NCBI GenBank assembly: GCA_037442205.1
Contig: JBBIQS010000033.1
Span: forward strand, 1-64,000
Reading direction: 5' to 3'
DNA length: 64,000 bases
Origin: Myxococcales bacterium
Lineage (GTDB): Bacteria; Myxococcota; Myxococcia; Myxococcales; UBA5297
Made by a program: the position numbers and the translations under genes
Notes under the pieces: model-generated
Told to the model about the DNA's origin: nothing
Seen by the model: only the letters and a program-made list of their open reading frames with translations
Database searches by the model: none
In this document: in pieces, positions 31,296 through 41,500 of the stretch
Position numbering within the stretch: position 1 is the first letter of the stretch
How the letters are laid out: the number at the start of each line of letters is the position of its first letter

Positions 31296-33050
31296 TTACG
31301 CCATCTCCAGGGCCTTCTTGACGTTGAACAGCGCGCGGCGGGCGGCGGAGACCACCTCGGACTCGTTGCCCTTGTCGTCGATCACCGCCTGCAGCGCCTT
31401 GTAGGAGGGGATGGAGGGCATCGCCGACAGGCCGGCGACGGCCAGCAGCTTGTCCTCCTTGATCTTGCCCCGGCGCAGCAGGCTCTTCTGAATCAGCAGC
31501 TGCCCGAAGTAGGCCAGCGCCGCCGGCTGCTCGGTGGAGCCCAGCGCCACGAAGATGGCCTCCTTCTCCGGCATCTCGCGCTTGTCGAACTCCTCCGACT
31601 TGACGACGCCGATCAGGTCGGCGGCCGCCTTGTCGGCAGCCGAGTTGCGCAAGACCTTGGCCGCCTGGATCCGCATCTGCGGGTTGCTGTCGCTGAGCGC
31701 CGAGACGATGAACCGGCGGCACTGCTCGGACTTGGAGCGCGAGAGGATGGCCAGCACCTCCAGGCGCACCGCCAGGTTGGGGTTCTTCAAGGTCTCCCCG
31801 AAGTACTTCATCTTGTCGGGGAAGTCGCACTTGTCGATGATGTAGATCATGTCGCGGACCATCTGCGACTTCTCGCTCTGCAGCCGGCGCAGGAACGGGT
31901 CGGCGTCGTTCTTGCCCAGCGCCGCCAGCGCGTCGCAGATCAGCGGCCGGTTCTCCTGGACCTCGATCGTCTCCAGGATCTCCAGCAGCGGCGGGATGGC
32001 CTCGCGTTCGAGCACGCCCAGGTAGCTTCTGACCTCGGCCGGGTTGCGGGCCTTGCCGGTGTTGAGGATCTCGCCCACTCGCCGCAGGCGCTGCTCCTCG
32101 CCCATCTTGGTCTGCAGGAACTTGCGCAGCCGGGCTCCCTGGGCCGCCAGGTTGGCGTTGCGCTCCAGGCTGCGCAGCTTGACCACCAGGGCGTTGATGG
32201 TGGCGAAGTCCTCCTGCATCAGCATCGAGTCCACCAGCTGCAGCAGCACCTCCTCGAAGGCCGCCTCGTTCTCGAAGCCGGCCTCCTCCAGCACCTGGAA
32301 GATGGCGGCGGAGAGCTTGGGGAACAGCCGGACCTCCTCGTCCTCCTTGAGGTCCTGCTGCAGCTTCTTGACCAGCTTGTCGTCGGCGGTCACTCCGGAG
32401 ACCACCGCTCCGCGCACCTGATCCACGCCCTCCAGCTTCATCTCCAGGTCTTCCGAGGAGACGCGGGCGAAGCGCAGGTAGTCGTCGCTGGTGGAGCGCA
32501 GCCGGCTGTAGAGGTAGCCGACGATCTTGTCGACCTCGACCGCCACCTCCTCCTCGTCCTTCTCGCCGACAGAGAAGCCTTCCACCACGATGTACTCGAT
32601 GTTCTCGAAGCCGGCCTTCCACAGCTGAGCCAGGATGTCCTCGGTGCGGGTCGGGTCGCTGAGGGCGATGAGCACGAACTTGAGGAACTCGTCGGCGGTC
32701 AGTGTGGGCCGGAAGATCAGGTGGCGGATGCCGTCGCGGAAGAACTTGTAGGGGAGGTTGTCGTTGTCGCTGGCCTCGAGGAGCGTCTGCTTGAACATCG
32801 AGAAGCACTGGGCTTCGACCTTGAGCGACAGAGCGCCGTGCTTCTCGCCGTACTTCTGCACCGCCTCGAAGGCCTTCTGCAGGAACTCGGGGTAGCGGCT
32901 GGTGTTGTGGCGGTAGATGCCGATGTTCTTGATGCCCTTGGCCAGGTGGAAGGCGAACTCCTTGGCCAGCTCCAGCTTCTCCTTGTTCTCGGGCAGCGAG
33001 AGCGGATCGATCTCGGCGTTCTCGGCAGGCTTGGCGGCAGCTTTTGCCAT
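31296..33050 (-). CDS. HEAT/ARM-repeat protein with an unassigned N-terminal domain
   Basis: Start at M74 of the ORF (MAKAAAKPAEN) with GAGGA RBS. C-terminal half shows HEAT-like repeats (NPNLAVRLEVLAILSRS, DSNPQMRIQAAKVLRN). Lies 49 nt upstream of the HD-GYP-like gene on the same strand. Confidence 0.55.
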   Translation of the reverse strand: MAKAAAKPAENAEIDPLSLPENKEKLELAKEFAFHLAKGIKNIGIYRHNTSRYPEFLQKAFEAVQKYGEKHGALSLKVEAQCFSMFKQTLLEASDNDNLPYKFFRDGIRHLIFRPTLTADEFLKFVLIALSDPTRTEDILAQLWKAGFENIEYIVVEGFSVGEKDEEEVAVEVDKIVGYLYSRLRSTSDDYLRFARVSSEDLEMKLEGVDQVRGAVVSGVTADDKLVKKLQQDLKEDEEVRLFPKLSAAIFQVLEEAGFENEAAFEEVLLQLVDSMLMQEDFATINALVVKLRSLERNANLAAQGARLRKFLQTKMGEEQRLRRVGEILNTGKARNPAEVRSYLGVLEREAIPPLLEILETIEVQENRPLICDALAALGKNDADPFLRRLQSEKSQMVRDMIYIIDKCDFPDKMKYFGETLKNPNLAVRLEVLAILSRSKSEQCRRFIVSALSDSNPQMRIQAAKVLRNSAADKAAADLIGVVKSEEFDKREMPEKEAIFVALGSTEQPAALAYFGQLLIQKSLLRRGKIKEDKLLAVAGLSAMPSIPSYKALQAVIDDKGNESEVVSAARRALFNVKKALEMA

Positions 33051-33366
33051 GGGAGGATCCTCGGCGACGGCAGTGGCGAAAATGCTACCACGCTCTCCGA
33101 GCGAGGGTCGGAGCGCCCGCCCTTTCCGCCTCAATCCCGGGTGGTACACTCGCCCCCGGCGTGCCCAATTCGCCGCAGCGGCGGTGGATTTCGCGCTGCC
33201 GCCGCTCCGGGGAGCGCCGCAAGCCGGCGATATTGCTGGCCTCTGCCGCCGGGCGTGGGGATTGCACAACCGCCGCCGACGGCGGGTGAAAGAACCTGCG
33301 GGGTACTTCGTACGTTCACAGGGGCGCCAAGCTCTTCAGTTGTGGCCTTGGACTCGGGAGGTCGTC

Positions 33367-35187
33367 ATGGCGGTGCGAACCAGCGGCTCGGCGGTGCCGA
33401 TGTTCTTGCTGTCGAGTCTGGCGGTGGTGGGGGCGGCGGCGGCGCTGGCGACCTGCTCCGGCCGTGCCGGCGGTCACAAGAGCGCTGGGCCGCAGGCCGC
33501 CGCGGATCTGAACTCGGGCGAGCTGGTGGCCGACACCATCGTCGTCGACTTCCAGGACGGCACCACCAAGGCCACCTACGACGAGTTGGAGAAGGGCTGG
33601 GGCATCGACCTGGAGTTCAACAGCGTCGAGGGGACGCAGGACGGCATCACCATCGGCAGGGTCGACCCGGCCCGGCGCGAGGCGCTGCTGGAGAAGATCC
33701 GCCAGGACCCGCGGGTGGAGCGGGCCGAGGCGCTGGTGCGAGTGCACGCCGACTTTGTTCCCAACGACCCGCAGTTCAAGGCGCAGTGGAACCTGCAACT
33801 GATCGGCATGCCCGACGCCTGGGAGGTGTCCGCCGGCGAAGGGGTGACGGTGGCGGTGATCGACACCGGCATCGCCTACGAGGACGCCGGCGAGTTCAGG
33901 ACGGTGCCGGATCTGAAGGGCGCGCGCTTCGTCCAGGGGTACGACTTCGTCAACGACGACGAGCACGCCAACGACGACCACGGACACGGCACTCATGTCG
34001 CCGGGACCATCGCCCAGGTGACCCACAATGGCGAGGGCGTGGCGGGGATCGCCTACAAGGCCACGCTGATGCCGATCAAGGTGCTCGACGCCAATGGCTC
34101 GGGGACCAGCGCCGACGTCGCCGATGGCATCCGCTTCGCCGCCGACCACGGGGCCAAGGTGATGAACCTGTCGCTGGGCGGTGGCGCCCGCTCCCAGGTG
34201 ATGGCCGACGCGGTGGCCTACGCCCGCAAGAAGGGCGTGCTGGTGGTGTGCGCCGCCGGCAACGGCGGTCGGGGAGTGGTCGAGTTCCCGGCGGCCTATC
34301 CCGGGGCGCTGGCGGTGAGCGCCGTCGGCCCGACCGGCGAGCTGGCCAGCTACTCGAGCTGGGGCAAGGAGCTGGACATCGCCGCGCCCGGCGGTGATAA
34401 GCGGCTGCGCGGGCGCGAGGAGGACGGCATCCTGCAGAACACCATCGCCCCCGGCAATCCCGGCCGGAGCGTCTACGCCTGGTTCAACGGCACCTCGATG
34501 GCCACTCCCCACGTGGCCGGGGTGGCGGCGCTGCTGTTCGCCGCCGGGGCCTCGACGCCCGAGGAAGTGGAGCAGGCGCTGTTCGCTGGCGCCGACCACG
34601 CCAGGAGCGGGGAGTGGAGCGAGCGGTTGGGACACGGGGTGCTCAACGCCAAGGGCGCGCTGCAGGCGCTGGGCGCCACGCCGGGCGGGAGCGGCTGGTG
34701 GAAGAGGCTGGCCAGCCTGCTGCTGGCGATCGCCCTGTGGCTGGTGACGCGGATGAGCCTGCCCAGGATGTTCCGCGCCGGCTTCAAGCCCGGGGCCGGG
34801 TTCATCGGGGCGCTGCTGCTGTCGGCGATGGGGCTGTTCTTCCTGCCGTGGCTCGGGCTGGGCAGCGTGCCAGGGCTGTCGGCGCTCTCCAAGCCGGCGA
34901 CCGAGTGGGGCAACTGGCTCTTGGGCAGCGGGAACTGGCTGTTCTCCAGCGCGGCGCTGCCGATCCTGCTGGCGATGATCGGGCTGCGGCGGGGCATGGC
35001 GCGCGGAGCGCTGGCCGGCTTCTCGATCGGCCTGGCGGCGGTACTGCTGGTCAAGGCGTTCACCGGCGCGGGAGTGGCCTGGCTGTCGTCCTCGGTGCTG
35101 GCGGCGATCTTCCTGGCGCTCAACGCCTTCATGGCGCTGCTGATGGCGCGGGCGGTGATGCACAGCGCCGGCCGAGGCGAGCGATGA
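33367..35187 (+). CDS. Subtilisin-like (S8) serine protease lipoprotein with a C-terminal polytopic membrane domain
   Basis: GGGAGG RBS. Lipobox LATCSG. Catalytic triad motifs VIDTGI (Asp), HGTHVAG (His), GTSMATPHVAG (Ser). The last roughly 170 aa carry 5 or more hydrophobic helices. Confidence 0.8.
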   Translation: MAVRTSGSAVPMFLLSSLAVVGAAAALATCSGRAGGHKSAGPQAAADLNSGELVADTIVVDFQDGTTKATYDELEKGWGIDLEFNSVEGTQDGITIGRVDPARREALLEKIRQDPRVERAEALVRVHADFVPNDPQFKAQWNLQLIGMPDAWEVSAGEGVTVAVIDTGIAYEDAGEFRTVPDLKGARFVQGYDFVNDDEHANDDHGHGTHVAGTIAQVTHNGEGVAGIAYKATLMPIKVLDANGSGTSADVADGIRFAADHGAKVMNLSLGGGARSQVMADAVAYARKKGVLVVCAAGNGGRGVVEFPAAYPGALAVSAVGPTGELASYSSWGKELDIAAPGGDKRLRGREEDGILQNTIAPGNPGRSVYAWFNGTSMATPHVAGVAALLFAAGASTPEEVEQALFAGADHARSGEWSERLGHGVLNAKGALQALGATPGGSGWWKRLASLLLAIALWLVTRMSLPRMFRAGFKPGAGFIGALLLSAMGLFFLPWLGLGSVPGLSALSKPATEWGNWLLGSGNWLFSSAALPILLAMIGLRRGMARGALAGFSIGLAAVLLVKAFTGAGVAWLSSSVLAAIFLALNAFMALLMARAVMHSAGRGER

Positions 35188-35402
35188 AGCTCAAAGGCAC
35201 GATCCGCCGCGAGGACCTGGAGGGCGGCTACATCGTCCTGCTGGCCGAGGACGGGCAGCGCTATCTGCTGGGCGGCGCCACCAAGGCCCTGCGCCACGAG
35301 GGGCTCAAGGTCGAGCTCGAGGGCGAAATCGATCCCGGCGGGGTCTCGATCGGCAACACCGGCGAGCCGCTATTCCGGGTCAAGAAGGCCAACAAGTTGT
35401 GA
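35184..35402 (+). CDS. Small hypothetical protein (72 aa), translationally coupled to the S8 protease gene
   Basis: ATG overlaps the protease TGA (ATGA). MKLKGTIRREDLEGGYIVLLAEDGQRYLL... predicted beta-rich. Confidence 0.4.
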   Translation: MKLKGTIRREDLEGGYIVLLAEDGQRYLLGGATKALRHEGLKVELEGEIDPGGVSIGNTGEPLFRVKKANKL

Positions 35403-35537
35403 CTTGGGTCACCGCCGTTCACTTCTGTTGGCTGCCTACTACTAGGCGAAGGTAGACTGAGGACCTTCGTCCGGCTTCTGCCGGGAGAACGCCCGAGCAG
35501 CGGGGCTCGGGCAATCGGTCCTCGTGAGGGCTTCGCC

Positions 35538-38500
35538 ATGAATCGCCGTCTCCTCCTGGTCGCCGGGTTGATCCTGGCTGGCGCCGGATGCACCAGCGAC
35601 GTTCCGCACTCCAACCCGTACGATCCCCAGTCGCCGACCACGGCCCAGGCCAAGTCGCGGCTGGTGGGACGGGTTTCGTTGGAGGGCAAGGGCGACGCCG
35701 ACGATCGCTCGGGGGTGCGGGTGGCGCTGACGGCGTTGGGCCTGGAGTCCTCCACCGTCGCCGACGGGAGCTGGACGCTGGATCAGGTCCCGCCCGGAAC
35801 CTGGTCGCTGGAGGTGTCGAAGGAGGGCTACCGGACCGGCACCATCTACCCGGTGGTGGTGACTCTCGACCAGGGCGGCGCCGAGGTTCAGGTGCCGGCC
35901 ATCGGGTTGCAGCGGTCGCGCGGGTCGGTGCGCGGCAAGGCGCTGCTCGAGGGCGAGGACGTCAGCGCCGGCATCTCGGTGTCGCTCTCCAACGGCGCTG
36001 GCTCCGGCCAGACCGACGCCACGGGCGAGTTCGTGCTCTCGGGGATCGCCAGCGGCACCTACGAGGTCAGCTACTCCAAGGTGGCCTTCCGCGACGTCCG
36101 GGTCGGAAACGTAGTGGTGGCGCCCGACGGGACCACCGTGCTGGCCCCGGTGACCCTCTCCTCGAACCCGGGATCGCTCAGCGGCCGGGTAATCGTGCGC
36201 GGCGCGGCCAACAGCGACGGCGTGCTGGTGACCGCCGACGGCATGACCTTGGGCGGCCACCACAACGTGGTGCAGGTGACCACCGCCGCCGATCCCAGCG
36301 GTCAGAAGCCGGACGGGTCGTTCACGCTGTCCAACGTGGCGGCCGGCCTCTACAACGTCATCTTCACCAAGGACAACTACATCACCGAGCAGGTCTCGGT
36401 GGCGGTCACGCCGGAGAAGGAGAGCGTGCTGGCCCCGGTGACCATGACCGGCGCCGTGGGGGCGCTGACCGGAACGGCCACCCTGGCCGGAGCCCTCGAC
36501 CACTCGGGGATCGAGGTGTCGCTGACCCCGCAGCCGACCACGGCCAACCCCAACCCCTCGGTGGCGGCGGCGGCCATCACCGACAGCGCGGGCACCTGGC
36601 GGCTGGAGGGGCTGCCGGTGGGCAACTACGACCTCCTCTACAAGAAGCGGCCCGGCTACCAGGACAAGACTGGCACGGCCACGGTGGTGCGCGATGCGGT
36701 GGTGTCCGCCGGCGCCGTGGTGCTCGCCGAAATCCCCGGTGAGATCAGAGGCCGGGTGCTGCTGGAGGGCTTCGCCGCCGGGGCCGATCTCTCGGGCACC
36801 TCGGTGCGCCTCGACGGCCATCCGGCGGTGACCACCGACGCCCAGGGCAACTACTCGGTCACCGGCAGCGGCGGCGCCCACCTGCTGCACGTCACGCGCA
36901 CCGGCTACACCGAGGCCAAGGTCCAGGTGGCCATCGCCGCCGGCGACATCCTGACCCTCGACGACGTGACCCTGGCCAAGGCCCGCGGCAGCGTCTTCGG
37001 GATCCTGGCGGTCGAGGAGCGCTCCGACGCCTCGGGAGTGCTGGTGACGCTCTCCAGCGCCACCGAGCCCTCGTTCACCGCGCTCACCGACTCGCGCGGG
37101 GCCTTCCGCTTCTCCGGCGTGCCGGTGGGCACCTGGCAGCTCGACGCCAGCCTGCCCAATTACCTGGGCATCCCCACCGCCACCGCCACCGTGGCCGCCA
37201 ACCTCGACACCGAGGCCCCCTCGGCCACCGCCCCCGCGGCCAGCAGGACCCTGTCGCTGCGCCGCGACGCCGCCATCCTGGGAACGGTCCACTACAGCGC
37301 CGGCAGCGATCAGTCGGGCGTGAACGCCGACCTCTCTGGCGCCGACGTCAACGGGGTGGTGGTCCACCTCACCGCCCGCAGCGATGTTTCCGGGGCCTTC
37401 TCCTTCACCGGGTTGCCGCCGGGCGGCTATCGGCTCTCCCTCGCGCTGCAGGACTACGAGGCCGCCGACCTGGGCTCGGTGGCGCTGGCCGCCGGGCAGA
37501 CGGTGACCCTGGGGGCGGCGAGCCTTTCCCGCTCCCGCGGCGACGCCGCCGGCCAGTTCCTGCTTACCGGCGCCTCCAGCCACGACAACATCAAGGTCAC
37601 CCTCTCCGGAACCGGGGCCATCGCCGGCACGACGGTCAGCGTCCTGACCGATCCTCTCGGCAACTTCTCCGCCGCCGGCCTGCCGGTGGGCACCTACAGC
37701 GTCGCCGCCACCAAGGCCCCGGACTGGGCCTCGCAGACCGGCTCGCTCACCGTCACCCGCAACGCGGTCGGCCAGCTGGTCGGCTCGCCGCTGTCGCTGA
37801 CCGTGATCTCCACCGCCAGCGTCGCCGGCAAGGTGACGGTCGAGAAGGGCGCCACCGCCGGAACCTCGGTGCGACTGCAGGGCAAGGACCTGCGCGGAGT
37901 GGCGGTCGATCTCACGGCCCAGTCGGACGCCACCGGCGCCTTCCTCTTCTCCAACCTGGTGGGCGGCGACTACCAGCTCGGCTATTCGCGCACCGGCTTC
38001 GAGGCCACCTCCTCCACCGCCTTCCGGGTGGCCAGCGCCGCGGCGGTGACCGCCCCCGACGTCGTGCTGCGGGTGCTGCGCGGGACGGTCAGCGGAACAG
38101 TGAAGCTCGACCCGGGCACGGTGGTGGGCTTCGCCGTCGGCACCGATTTCTCGGGAGCGCGGGTGGCGCTGCTCGATGAGACCGGGGCCGAGGTGGATCG
38201 CACCGTCACCGACGCCAGCGGCGCCTTCCAGTTCCGGGCCGTTGCCGTCAGCCTGGTCACCGGCCTGAGCCACACCGTCAATGCCTCGCTCGACCACTTC
38301 AAGACCGCCAGCGCCCAGGTGCAGGTGGCCGCCAATGGAAACACTCCGGTCGGCCCGCTGACCCTGCTGCTACAGCCCGGCTCGATGACCGGCTTTGCCT
38401 ACCTCAACGACAACGTCGGCAACTCCGGGCGCAACGCCGACAGCACCGGGATCGCGGTCTCGGTCTCCGGCGTGGCCTACAACGGAGTGACCTACAGCAA

Positions 38501-41500
38501 GGCCAGCGCCGGCACCGCCGCCAACGGCTCCTGGTCGATCGCCGACCTGCCGCCCGGGACCTTCGACCTGCACATCACCTCCACCGATCGCGCCTGCCTG
38601 GGCGGCGGGACCTTCCCGGTGCGCTCCGCAGTGGCCACCGCCGCCGCCAGTGCCGACTGCTTCGACACCCTGGCTCCCACCGGGCTGACCCTGGTCGCCG
38701 CGCCGGCCTGGACCAGCGCCACTTCCCTGACTCTTTCCCTGGCCAGCCCGGCGGTGGACAACACCAAGCCGACCTCCAACCTGCGCGGCTACCAGTACGT
38801 CAAGGGGCGGCTGCCGGACTGGACTGCCGCCGCCATCGTCGCCCAGACCCCGGCCCAGATGATCTTCAGCCTCGACCTCAACGCCGAGAACACGCTGTGG
38901 GTGCGGGCCGTCGACTGGCTGGGCAACGCCGGTCCCGCCAGCTACGCGGTGGTCCGCCAGGACAGCGTGGCGCCGGCAACCCCGGTGATCCACACCCCGC
39001 GCACCTACCTCAGCGCCACCACCACCTCGGTCAGCCTGAGCGGCGCCGAGGGCGACGCCACCTTCGACAGCTACCTGGTGTGCAGCTCCGAGCGGCCGGC
39101 GGCGGTCGCCTGCCCGGCGCTGCCCGACTGCGCCCTGGCAAAGTCGCCGGCCTCGTTCGCGCTCTCGCTGACCGCGGGCAACCGCACCTGCCTGTGGGCC
39201 CAGAGCAGGGACATGGCCGGGAACACCAGCGCGCTGGCCGGCCCGACCCCGGTGGTGTGCGACGTCTCGCGGCCGGGCGCGCCCTCCATCAGCCCGGTGT
39301 ACGACCCCTCGCTCTACACCGTGCGCGCCGGCAGCGTGGACGTCTTCGTCGCCGCCGGGCCGGTGGACGCGCCGCTGGGCGACCTGAACCATCCCTACCG
39401 CGGCGTCGACTATCTGGAGGTGGACAGCGGCGGCGGCTTCGTCCCGCTCTGCGCCGGCTGCCGCTCGGCGACCGATCCCAACGCCTGGGATCCCTGCTCC
39501 AGCACTTGCACCTGTGCTGACCCGGCGCTGCGCTGCGCCACCGTCCGCAGCGGGGGCGTCAGCTCGCGCGAGCTGCGTTCGATCAACGTGCCGCTGGTCG
39601 CCGGGGCGACCAACCGCATCTCAGTGCGCGCGGTGGACCTGGCGGGCAACATCGGCGACGGCGCCTCGATCATCGTCGGGACCGAGGGGACGCGCGTCTT
39701 CGCCCAAGGGATCGGGCCGCAGATGGCGCCCCGCTTCTACAAGAACATGGTCGCCTACTCGAACAACGGCCTTGCCTCGATGGCCCAGCTCGACGCCCGC
39801 CGGGTTCCGCTCGTCACCTGCTCGCCGGCCGGTGAGGTCGCCCAGATGTCCTTCCTGCGCTCGCAGTCGTGCCAGGGGATGTCCGTCGCCCCGGAGTCCT
39901 TGGCTGCCATCGGGCAGCTCGGGGTGTACTACATCGCCCAGGCCTCGACGTGCGTGACGCCGCCCTGCCCGAGCAGCGATTTCAAGTCCATCAAGCGGGC
40001 GGACCTGCCGGGCATCGCCAGCTGCATGAGCGGCCTCGAGATCCTGGGGCCGACCAAGACTCCTGGCCTGCTCTCTTCGGTGCAATTCTTCGAGAGCGTC
40101 GCGGTCTCCGGACCGGTGCTGGCCTGGGTGGTGGCCGACGACTGGAGCGCTCAGGTCCCCGACACCAAGTCGGTCTTCTGGTGCCAGCTCGACCCGACCT
40201 CCAAGGCCTGCAGCGGTGCCGTGCACCCGCTGGGGGCCGCGGCCGGGCCGGGGCACGTCGCCGGGCTGCGCGCCGCCGGCGACTGGCTGTTCTGGGCCTC
40301 GGAGGTCGTCTCGGGCGCGAACTGCCAGGTGGGGCCGCAGCCGCCCAAGTACCGCTGGAGGGCCTCGTACGTGGGCGCCGCCCGTGCCTGGACCGCCGGC
40401 GCTGCCCATGCTGCCGGAGACCTCGTCTGGCCGACCACCCCCAACGGCCACGCCTACCGGGCGACGAGCGCCGGGACCTCCGGCGCGACCGAGCCGGCCT
40501 GGCCGGTCCCCGTCCTGCCCACGGCGTCGCCCGGCTCGGGGCCGACGGTGGCCGACGGCACGGTGGTCTGGACCGAGATGAGCTGGACGCTGGACGCCGA
40601 GCAGGCGGCCATCTCGGCCGACGGCAAGCTGATCTTCACCGCTGACAACTCCCAGGAACTCCCCTGGACCGCCTCGACGCTCTTCTCGGCCTACGCGCTG
40701 GTGAAGCCCACCGTCGCCAACGGCTTCTTCTACCGGGCGACCCAGACCACCGGCGCGTCGTCGTTCTCCGGCCGCAGCGGCCTGGCGGAGCCGGCCTGGC
40801 CCACCACGATGGGCGCGACGGTCGTTGACAACGAGATCACCTGGACCGCCACCGTGACCACCGACCACATGGCGCCGCCCGCGGTCTATCGGATTCGCAG
40901 CGCCGGTCCGGATGGGCTCTGGGGAACCGCCGACGACCCGGCGCCGGCGAAGAACCAGGGGACGCGCGAGGTGGCCCGGGGCGGGCTGGCCATCGAGCCG
41001 GGCCGGGCCATCGTGCTCAGCCAGACCATCTCCGGCTCGAGCATCACCGACTGGGAGGCCGCCCCCGACGGCACCTTCAAGTCGGATCCGACCGGCGGCC
41101 CGAGCTACCTGCGCCACCTGTCCGCCGGCGGCGCCGAGCTCAGCAGCCCCGAGATCGACCACGGCCTGTTCGTCTACGCCTACGGCATGAACCAGACCGC
41201 CGATCTGGTCGCGGTGGACCTCTCCTCTCAGCGCTGGGAGAGCTCGGTCAGCCGCGAGGACTACCAGACCATCGCCGAGGACGGGACGGTGCTGGTGCTG
41301 CGCAACGACATCGTCACCCGGTGGTTGGCGGTGCGCGACCCCGACGGCAGCGAGCGGACGACTCTTCTGGCCGACTTCGCGGGCTACTCCGGAAGCACTC
41401 CGCCGCTGGCGGTCACCGGCAAGGACGTGCTCTACCAGGTCGCCGGCGGCATCAAGATCCTCAACGCCGGCCCCGACGGGAAGCTCCTCACCGCCGACGA

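Noticed and set aside
31221-35163. ORFs 31221..34397 (+, 1058 aa) and 33316..35163 (-)
   Set aside because: Antisense to the HEAT-repeat gene and the subtilase gene. No motifs, low complexity.
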